A stretch of DNA of 64,000 nucleotides. It comes from Asterias rubens. Its lineage: Eukaryota. The notes beneath the pieces are model-generated. The model searched no databases, had not been told where the DNA came from, and saw only the letters and a program-made list of their open reading frames with translations. The translations under genes and the position numbers were made by a program. Below, in pieces: positions 54,301 to 64,000 of this stretch (positions are counted from its first letter, which is position 1; each line of letters begins with the position of its first letter). The stretch is taken from NCBI RefSeq assembly GCF_902459465.1, contig NC_047083.1, positions 992,001 to 1,056,000 on the forward strand. The letters run 5' to 3'.

Positions 54301-57300
54301 TCGATAGTCCGTTTGTTGGGATTGGATTAAAGCTGTTGTTGTCACATTCAGTAATGGTCCTCCTAGCTGGTGTGCCAGGGGTGTGCCTACTCGGCGTTGG
54401 GAGGCGGGAAGGAGGGTGTGTGTCGCTGATTTTAACAGCCGATCCCCGTTGAGCCGGTGTGCTGTTCTGTGTCGGCATGTGTAATCCTTCAGATTGAATT
54501 GGTGTCTTCACTCTCTTAGCAGGGGTGTGGTGTCCGCCAGTACCTTCTGGAAGCATTGGTGTGTTGACTCTCTTAGCAGGGGTGCCACGGTGTCCGCCAG
54601 TACCTTCCGGACGTATTGGAGTGTTGACTCTCTTAGCAGGGGTGCCAAGGTGTCCGCCAGTACCTTCCGGACGTATTGGAGTGTTGACTCCCTTCGCAGG
54701 GGTGTGGTGTCCGACGGAACTCCGTCTTTTCTTCTTCCTTGGCGACCTTGAGGGTGCTTTATCAATGAATAACAAAAAAACGAGCAAAATGGATATTTAG
54801 AAAATCAAAAGAGCAAATGTGTTGTGATGATTTTGGGGCTTCGAGCCTTGAGGGTAGATGGACATCTTATCTAAAATATCAACCACAGGAGACAAAAATT
54901 TGTCAAAAAGTGAATGAAACATTATTTGGTATAGTTGTGAAACTGGAGCATTTGGTTCTCGATGAGGCACTCTTTCGTGTCTTTATTGTATGCTTGGAAT
55001 CTCAGAGAAATTGTTTAGAGGTTTTCAGGGAAGTATACTTCTTAAAGATGAAATAGTGTGTAGGATACCCTCAGCCAAAATCGGGCTTGGTATAAGTCGT
55101 AGGTCTCTGACAGAGAATTAGCCTGGCTCCTTTAATCTGATTATAAGCACTTTGTTTGCACTGAAATACACAAGGAACCAAACCAAGATTGCTCCAGTGA
55201 ACTAGAACTAAAGAGTTCTACCTTTTGGAGTAGAGTCAACACATTTCATGACAGGGAGGAGTAGTAGGTAGTTCAAATCAACCCCTGCTGCGGCGGCAGA
55301 GTTGGGGTTAGAGTCTGCGACCTCTGACATGCTCTGGTCAGCCCAGGCGACTTCTCGGTCTCCCTCAACTTGTTTCTGTAAGGCTTCGAAGTCTGTTGTG
55401 ACGTCGGTGGTGGCGAGTCCGGAACCCTTCAGGAGGAAGTACTGCTTACGAACCATGGAAATGAGGTTGACAATCAATCTGTGATCACAAGGGAACGAAA
55501 GATTTGTTGTTGGCATGAACATTTTAACTGTATGGTGTCCTCCAAACTGTTGTCATCCAAGAGTTTTGAAAAAAAGGGAAGACATCTTAACTCAAGACGA
55601 GAAGACACCAATCTTATGAAGACAACCATTAAAGCAGACAATTGTTCTAATGACAAACACAGTAAGCTCAGGAATTAGCAGTTTTCAACACGATCTTTAT
55701 TATCTGATCGAAAATGCTTCTGCATCTCTCCTGCGGTCTGTCTGTCTTTTAGACAGACCCTTTTTCAAACCCTTTTTCTACAAGCGTATAAAGAACTTTC
55801 CATGTTTAAAAAAACTGTTTGAGTATTTTGTTTTGGGTCTACCTCTCAGAGCTTTGTTGATGGCTGTCCTGATGTCTGGCAAACCTCTTCAGATGTTTAA
55901 TCTGCCGTCTGCAATCCTTCAACTCAATCTCAAGATGTCTTGTCCGCAAACACTCCTGTAACACCTGAAAACATATTTTTTGGAAACAGTTAAATTTTAC
56001 AAGTTGATTTTAATGCTAGTCTGCCTCGCCATATATAAACTCGGTAGTAACTGGAATAACAGAACACCCATATGTGTTTAATTTTGTTGTGTCTGTTTTT
56101 TTTTTTTTTTTTTTTGAACACCCAGGAGGGTGCGCATTACAAGTCTTATCAATCTTCTTATCATTATTATATCTAAAATCGCCTGTACTATTTGTTCTTA
56201 AGAACACGCCATCACATTGTCTTGGGACCCATTCTGGGCCCTGAATAGAAGTCAAGTTAACATAATATCTTTGACTCCATAACCTATTTAGGTGTTGTTC
56301 CGTGAAAGGATCTTAAGCCAGATGAAAGAATTTGCAAATATCAAAAAGCGTTTGATTCTTTGCAGTATATTGGCAAGTGTAAAAAATGGCAGTTCAAGCC
56401 ATGTTTTGAGGAGAACTCGGACTCCTGTTCTGATTAACATAAGCTCACCTCTTGAACTTTGAGGCCAGCAAGGGTTTTTAAACCCTTGCTGGCCTCAAAG
56501 TTACTTTTCAAAGGTGAATTCTAAGGAATTTGACAGTGACAAAAACAAATCTCTAAGAAAACGAAAGTTTCTCAAACCTCAGAGGTCTGCCCGTCTCCTT
56601 GCTCCTCCCCTCTTATCTCTAATTGAACTTTCTCCAGCTCTGCCTCGTTGTTCTTGAATCTTTCCTCCACTGCGGGTTTCCGTTGTCGGAGTCGAGCTTG
56701 TCTGGCCTCTGACGCTGCGATGACTCTCTCAAAACGTCCCATTGTCTAGGAAACAAACATTGACAGATGAAGAACATTTATTCTTCCGAATCTTAATTTT
56801 TGTGGACAAATTTTTTTTAAATAAAATGTTCACATTTAAAAAAAAATCAGTAACATTAATTGACTATTGACCCTGTGCACGCTTGTCACACATGGCGATG
56901 TGCCATGCTCACCATTGTGGTGGTCAATTTGTTAACGAGTATTAAAACGAGGTTTGTTGCCCCTTACCTTATCCCCCTGAGCAGACCCTCCATGTATTAA
57001 CCTCAACCTCTCCACCATTAGATGTTTGCGACTGATCTTTATCGTCAGGTCACGATCCGACGACTCAAGCTCTAGGAGCTCCTTACGGATGCTGCCACGC
57101 TGGACGAACACCTTGTGAAGCTCTAACTGCAATCTGAGATGGTTAGAAGAATCAAAGTGGACAGATTGGTTGAGATTCACAGAACATACTTGACCACACA
57201 GGCCTCATTTCATAGAGCTGCTTAAGCAGAAAATATTGTTTGGCGCATTTCTGAAAGGCAAAAATGAGCAGTCACGTACATGTGACGTGGTAGTTTGGCT

Positions 57301-60300
57301 TGAAACCTTATCTTGGTAAGCATAAATTATGTTGTGCTCTGCTGCTTTTTTGTGCTTACCTGTGGACTTGCTCATCATTTGCATCATTACGGGGAGAAGG
57401 TTGTGGATTGCTCACTTTCAGTGCACCTGACTCGTAGCGTTGAAGTTTAACCTTCAACTCAGAAACCTACAAAATCAAACATTATTTATTTAGGAATTTA
57501 TTTATTTATTTGGTGTTTTCTTCCAACAATAGACAAGCAAATCCTTGATTTATATGAGTTACTATCTTAAAATAAAATATGTTAGACAAGTTTTGTTAAT
57601 TCAGTTGTCTCATATTTTGACATTTGTCTCGGAACAATTGTCTCAGTACAATTCGAACATTCCAAAGAGAATGAGTCAGTAAATTCTAGAAAGCTAAAAT
57701 GTCTTTGAGAAAGACTCTCTAGAGTCGAAACGTCAGACCTTCACCTACTTTATTTTGCATAACAATTATTTTGAAAGAAAAACTAAACTATCAAAAAACG
57801 TTCTCCATACCTCTGTTCTTAATTCTTCAACGATCTGTGCATACCGACTGATGTGAAGGTCCACACTGACTACATTCTGTTTCAGCTGTCAAAGAAATGA
57901 AAACAGAAACAACATTAACTTATCAAACTACTCAATTGAGGGTTGGCTCTTACATCCTGCGAATGCGGAGCAAATTTTGGCGACGCAATAATGGGTTCGT
58001 CTTTTCATCTTGGTTTTAAAAGCACTACTATGCACTCTGGTGAATTCTTAATAATGGCATTTATCCTGAAGATTGTTTGTGTACCGGTATTTAATCAAAA
58101 GTAAAAAATAAAATAAAAATGTTTTAGCGTATTGCGCAATAATTTGCGCGTATCTCGGCCTGATATACTAGCTTGTGTATATGGGGCAATCCCTGTAGTC
58201 AATTATAGTCATCCTTCAAACTCAGTGAGGGCGCTGTTTGATCTTGTGATGTCATATTTTAAGTCTACAAATCAAAAACACCGAATGAAACAACAAACGG
58301 AGACACTTCTAGTACTTACAGTGGTGCGTATGTTTTTAGCTCTGTTGGCGTATTTGAGCGTGTTGAGAGTGTCTTCATAGGTGAGACTAGACGGACTGAT
58401 GGCTGCGATCATGACCGTCCGGCAGTTACCTCCGAGGGAGTCCTTCAGTAACCTTGTCAGTTTGCTGTTTCGGTATGGAATGTGCTGGCCTTTCGCCTAC
58501 AAGGGAAAGGAATGAAACATGAAATTAGAAAAATGAAAAGATTTAGACATTCCTTTCTCCAGGGCCCAATTTCATCAACCCAGTAAGCATAAAAACTTGC
58601 TCAGCACAGGAAAAAACAGAAACTGGTTACCAGCCAAAATTCCATGGTTAACATTCTTGCAAATGGTGTCCCACACATTTTTTGCTAAGCAAAGGAATTT
58701 GTGGGTGTTTTTTTCCCCCTACTGATAATAAAAAATGCGTTCAAGTGAAGTCTTTTCTTACCCTTGTGGAGTCGGCTAAAGCATTAATGCAATTTCCAAG
58801 AGCCAACAGGGACCGATTAATATTAGCGCCCTCACGAAACCTCGCGCCTCTGTTTGTCGTCACGGTGGCCCTCTCTGAACCCGCCAGATCAATCAGCGAC
58901 ATCTTTGCGATGCGGAAGTCCGTGCTGATGTTCGCCGTACGGTCTTTTTGTCGGACGAAAACCTGGAAGACGGCGTGCGATCGCGAGGACTGGGCGTTGG
59001 CGTCGGTGGGATGCTGAGTCCGGTTTCTGTTCCCGTATTCCAACATGCGAAGTAATTCATCTGCACTTCTTGGCTACGAAAAAAAAAGGCACCCCAAAAG
59101 TTTTAAGGAAACGTTAGGTTTGTGTTTGACAATCACTCTTGAAATGAATGACAATAACTTTTGATATAGAAGCTTACAGCAGCTTTCGATAGGCATTTTG
59201 AGAATGATATTTCCCAAGAAGTGTAGTCATCTTTAAACAAAATTGCTTAGCCCTCCGAATTTGAATCTGAGACGTACTCCTGTCAGCATTTCTCAGATTG
59301 GGTATTCCAGTTACAAATTATTCTTTGTGCAAGGAACGCAAAGAAGACATAACCGCTCTGGCGATATCTCAAAAACATGACCACCTTTTGAAATGCAATT
59401 TGTTATAGTTTTATTGTATGCTACACTTACAATATGACTAAAACAATCAAACTGTTGCAAAAACAAAAGCCTTTAAACAGCATTGTTCTAAAGGTTGGTT
59501 TGTTTCTGCGTTAAAAGAAAAATAGTTTCTTCAGCATAGTGAAAAATTACCTTGTGGAGGGAAAGACCGCTGACTACGACTCCTTTCTCTGGATCTTCCC
59601 GGACGGCAAGGAGACCAGATGGTGCCAGAAGGTCACGAATATTCTCATTGTAGACCTAGAAGTAAAATATAAAGAGCGACAAACTCAGGGCCTTGTTGTA
59701 CGAGGCAATTTTGAGGCAACCATATCTGCAGTGTATGCTACCGGACTTAATTGGCAATAAGTTGGCAACAGCACAGAGTAATTCTTCAAACAATGTCTGA
59801 TGATCCCTAAGAAAAAATATTCAAATGTGACTGCCTTGTCTTCTTGGAGATTGCCTGCAACTGATTGCCTGTAAATTGAAAGCCTAGTTGTTTTAAGGGT
59901 GTGACAGGGGTGTTTTTTCTTTCATTATTATCACGCAACTTTGACGACCGATTGAGCTCAAATTTCCACAGGTTTGTTATTTAATGCATATGTTGAGATA
60001 CACCTCAAAATTACCTCCAGATACGACACTGCGACATCACACAGCTTCTCATTGCTGATCTCTCCAATACGTCTGTAGAGATCAACCATGGTTAGAAAGA
60101 TGACCCCTGGGCAGTCAGGGGCCCCTAGCATGGTGAAAGTCTTGCCTGCTCCGGTGGCTCCATATGCAAACACTATGTATGAATCAGAGAAAGGTTTTCA
60201 AAATACTAGTAATAAGGGAGTCTGAGCCCAAATAAGGTCAAGATTATTAAGTTGAAGGCAAATTAGTTCTGTCTGCTGAAAATACTTGGGAGTAAATAAA

Positions 60301-61866
60301 CAACAGAAAATTACTTAGTAACACTTTGTGTTCTCCCTTTATAACACCAACAGTGGTCTGCTCGCCAAATGCCAGTTAAAAACCAGAGAGGACCAGTCAA
60401 AATTCTCTCCAAGTGGTCCGGCTGGTTAATTCATTGTTGCAAAGCATCCCTGTTGAATATGAAATATGGACCACTAGAATGGCAAGTTAACTGGGCTCAA
60501 GTTCACAAAGATGGATTTGCAGTTGAGATCAATCTTAGGCCGTTTCCGCATAAGTGGCTCTGCCTGCAGCTACGACCGTTGCCTGGGGTGTTGCTAAGGG
60601 CGTCCTATACTTCAATGCATGACGACGCGGCGATTCGGCCGCAGCCGTAGCTGCCAATTCGGATACGGCCTCAGCTCTTTGTGAAATCGAGCCTTGGTCC
60701 TGTTGGCTCGTCACTGGAAATGTTTTTTTTTTAATTGTCTAATATTCCCCAATTGGAGTAGACTTATTCAATTTTTCTTTTCAACTCACCGCTAGCATTG
60801 TACCCAGCTAGAACGTTATCAACGATGGTTTTAGTAGTGTTCTCGTACACGAACTCCTGCGTTACTCTCTCACCAAAGACGTGATCAAACGCAAACTTGA
60901 TATCCTTGTTCTTCCTACGCATGAAGTTCCTCTTAGCGACACGGCGTCCATGGAAGTAGCTGGGGAGAGATTCTTCCTGTGTTTCACAAAAAAATATTTT
61001 GCAAAATTGATTTAGAAGTCAATGGCTATAGAAGGTAACTTTTCATGGCTAATCTATTGCACTTGAACTCTTGATTAGTGGATATACAGTGCCAGTTAAG
61101 TGGGTTACACTTTGACACCCCTGTAGTGTTTCGACATCCGATTGAATTGTCCTCATCCTAAACTAAGCCTTGTTCATACTTTACACAAATGCACAAGCGA
61201 AATTTTGTGACACATTGAATCAATATGCGCTGTTTTTGCAATTGTGACCCAAGCAAATTTGCTTCACTTTCACGCGAATTATGAACAGTTGTGAAAACCA
61301 ATGAGCACAATGAGGGGCTTATCAAAACAGAGTTGTAAGAACATCTATGGGGTGTCGGAACACACAGCAATCATTCACCCAAGAAATTGGCCCAAAGTTT
61401 TACTTTGCTACACTTGGCAGAGTCCATTTCCATTTGGAATTTAAGCCAGGAAGTAAACACCAAGAAGCATTTATTTAAGAGTTTATTTCAGTGTCTTGCT
61501 CTATCAAGGACACAAGTGCCAGGACTGAGACTTAGACCCACATTGAGATGACTCGGCGTCAGCCACTAAATGCTTTTAGTTCAGTCATGGAGTTCCTCCA
61601 TGTTCAGTGTGCTCAATCGCTCAGAGTCGGAGGCTAAATCACGAGTTCCTTACTTTTGGATCAAAGACCAGAAGTTTTTCATCCAGCATTTGAACAACAG
61701 GTCTTGATCCTGATCCATTTTCTAGCTCAGCAGCATTTGGAGGTCGTATCCGAACAACCACACGGATGTTGGTACTGTTGTTCTGATCATTGTTGTTTCC
61801 TAATGATGCTGTGCCTGATGATTGTCGACGTCCACCTCGACTACTCCGCCGACGTGCTGTTGACAT
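51350..61866 (-). CDS. KIF18A: Kinesin-8 motor KIF18A/B-like, 17-18 coding exons, about 1156-1174 aa
   Basis: Exons (-): 61866-61654, 60976-60790, 60172-60015, 59655-59551, 59073-58762, 58496-58320, 57885-57811, 57466-57360, 57133-56968, 56745-56578, 55964-55843, 55478-55222, 54756-53863, 53754-53574, 53358-53192, 52709-52631, 51927-51829 (or read-through to stop at 51825), candidate 51407-51350. Motifs: [25 protein letters not shown] (P-loop), [38 protein letters not shown], tail [15 protein letters not shown]. Confidence 0.93.
54488..54712 (-). repeat. Coding 57-60-bp tandem repeat in the KIF18 tail, unit [20 protein letters not shown] x ~4
   Basis: CTTAGCAGGGG/CTTCGCAGGGG recurs at 54515, 54572, 54632 and 54692. 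Confidence 0.92.
57701..57738 (+). ncRNA. Minimal type I hammerhead ribozyme motif (Penelope-like-element type, U3-A8 core variant)
   Basis: GTCT-TTGAGAA-A-GACTC(tcta)GAGTC-GAAA-CG-TC-AGAC: stem I GTCT/AGAC, stem II GACTC/GAGTC, ACGT palindrome in place of stem III, GUC cleavage triplet. Confidence 0.6.
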
Positions 61867-62594
61867 CTTAAAACATGAACTGCAAAAGTTTATGACGTAA
61901 AAGTAAAGATTAAAATTATAATTAGATCAAAATCTAATAGAAATAATAAGACTTAACAAAAACATGGCAAATTTTGATAAAAATTTGTTTTTGTTTCTAC
62001 CGACTTACCGTTGACGGCTTCACTGTAAAATCATCCAAACCAAATAGTTGCGATATAACGTAACCCTCCTTGATCCTCCTGACGTTATCGCAACTACCAA
62101 ACCAAGGAAGTACTATTTTGGTGGGAGATAACAAACTTTCAAACTTATTTATAAAATCTCTTTTTTCCAACTTTTTGTCTTTTTTACTGTCTTTTTGTGT
62201 GTGAATCTCAATTTTTAAAATTTATCTTTTTTAAATTAAAATTAAAGAATGGTCATGACGTTTTCATCCGTTTTTAACCTACGCCAAAATATTCAACAAC
62301 CCGAATAATGCTGAGTGTGCTCAGTCAGTCAATCATAGTCGTTACTCGATCCCATCATCATCCGGCGTTTCGCCGTGGTAGCCAAGTTCCGGGTTCGTAA
62401 AATCAAAAACGTAAACGTTAAAAATTAACAATGTCAACAATTAACAAAAGTCATCTTTTTAAGGTCTGAAACTCTGAGATTATTGCTCTAAATTATGAAA
62501 GAATTAATATTACCTTTGAAGGAATCGTTAATTCGGTTTAACTTCGACGATCTGCTTCTTGATTTCCACTCTTTATAGCACGAAAGTTTTCTCT

Positions 62595-62790
62595 CACATT
62601 ATTTAAATGCCCACTACTTCTCGGCATTTATTTTCAGTCATTCGAATATTGCCGTTGTGTTATCGTTCACTGATTGGTCATTCGTTTCATTGCTTCTTGC
62701 TGATTGGCCAAACTCTCATCACTGGCGAGCACATCAAAGTATGGAACGCCACTTGTATTAAATTAAAAAGCACCGCAGTTTTGAAAGGGC
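62595..62790 (-). promoter_or_regulatory. KIF18 promoter: two CCAAT boxes plus CHR-like elements
   Basis: ATTGG on + at 62673 and 62703 (30 bp apart), TTTAAA at 62602-62607, TTTGAA at 62780-62785. Candidate 5'UTR exon with donor at 62513. Confidence 0.55.
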
Positions 62791-63272
62791 GCCCTCGAGA
62801 GATCATCACTCCCACATGGCATGCATGCATGCTGCACGGGGTTGAGAAAAGGTAAACACTTTCTTCTGATAAAACCGGTAGTGAAACTTGTTGATTGGGA
62901 AATGTTAATTTGAATGAAAATGTAAATAGGGGAAAATGCCATATCCTACAACCAATAATTTAAAGAAGGTTAGGATTGGTACATTCAAAACTGCCCATCA
63001 GAAATGGCTTTGCTTTGCATTTTTGTTTCATGAATTTGCATGATTTGTTGGTTTTTGCACACTCTACACTCTACAGTACAATCTACCAATAATTTGTTAG
63101 TGTTTGTTGCAATCTGCACTGTAACATTTTACAGGAGTTTCCAATAGTTTTTTGGTATTTTCTGATATTTACTGGTATTTTAAAGTATTTTCGGTGTATA
63201 ATTAACCTGATAACCCCAATGCGAAAAAAAAAGTTGGTAACGTTATCGCAACTAAAACAGCTAGCCTTATTA

Positions 63273-63438
63273 TAGACCTTATGCATTGACGTCATCCAGC
63301 CGCCATCTTTGAGGTCAAACGGTGACGAAACAATCAAAATGCACATAGATTCTAATGATAGATTGACCAATGAACAATCTCCTTTTGACCTCAATGCGGG
63401 GGCGCCGTACTGAAATGACGTCATGTGCATAAGGTCTA
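63273..63438. mobile_element. TAGACCTTATGC-TIR MITE upstream of KIF18
   Basis: Same TIRs; carries TGACGTCA twice, GCCGCCATCTT and CCAAT. Confidence 0.75.
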
Positions 63439-64000
63439 TATATAATTAATTAATAATAATAGGCCTAATACTAGTATAGTAAACAAAATTGGATGTTTTT
63501 ATCAACAGCCTCTTCTTCGAGTTTCAACCAAATGTAAAAACTACAAGCAAAACAAAGTGATAGCCTACAGGCTGCCGTGAATTCTTCATTGAAGATGGGG
63601 AGAGTTTTCTTCCACCGTTGCCCTACTAGTAGTCTGCTGCCCTCTCTGTTGACACTTCACGGGAGGCCCCTCTCTGTGTCCGCTTCATTGTTTAACCCAA
63701 GAGGAACAAGGACAAGGATATCAAGTAGGTCTTGTATGGATCTTTGCTAGCCGCTTAGAATTTAGACCAGTTTGTTAGAAAAGTAAACAAATGCACCTAC
63801 AGCAGCAATGGACCCTTCCCTTCCCATGAAATATGTAAATTGCACAAAGTGCGTGCGCACTTACATTTTGCTTGGCAAAATGAGGGAACATCGCGCTGTT
63901 TTGTACATGGCTATTGAATGCGTGATGCAGGCGCGATTGCGCGCCTGCTAAGTGAACAACTCCTGTATTGTCACAAATCCATACATAGTAAAAAAAATCA

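Noticed and set aside
54060-54800. Overlapping ORFs 54060-54452, 54494-54751, 54508-54765 and 54525-54800 as separate or overprinted genes
   Set aside because: They are by-products of the 60-bp GC-rich repeat and the opposite strand of KIF18 exon 13. Only the KIF18 frame has matching splice phases.
8043-58240. GAGGGCGCT occurrences as CTCF insulator sites
   Set aside because: Only the 3' half of the CTCF core is present. Kept only as part of the ZNF promoter cassette, where position is conserved.

Overview
Eukaryotic (animal) genomic DNA, AT-rich and intron-rich. The gene set and repeat families fit an invertebrate deuterostome, probably a sea star (inference, not proven). 0.3-21.8 kb: five head-to-tail C2H2 zinc-finger genes on + (local names ZNF-1 to ZNF-5; 12, 20, 14, 12+1 and 9 fingers), each with its whole finger array in one exon. 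ZNF-3/4/5 share a duplicated promoter and non-coding exon 1. ZNF-3/4 share a 34-aa N-terminal module I do not recognise as KRAB, BTB, SCAN or ZAD. 24.2-31.4 kb: CCDC91 (-, 10 coding exons, 490 aa). 38.5-47.2 kb: fatty acyl-CoA reductase (FAR1/2-like, +, 13 coding exons, 519 aa). 51.4-61.9 kb: kinesin-8 KIF18A-like (-, 17-18 coding exons, about 1156-1174 aa). I reconstructed all exon chains by hand from GT-AG sites with consistent phases. Introns and intergenic DNA are full of MITEs (TTAA-, CWG-, TA- and 9-bp-TSD families), tRNA-derived SINEs, two 5'-truncated LINEs, a ~175-bp satellite and Penelope-type minimal hammerhead-ribozyme motifs. Best leads: the ZNF N-terminal module (possible KRAB-independent effector domain), the hammerhead motifs, a tandem CDK-site array in the kinesin tail, a minisatellite that copies a FAR exon end plus splice donor, and CCDC91-FAR linkage that also exists in human. 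No CRISPR, rRNA or intact tRNA gene is supported.
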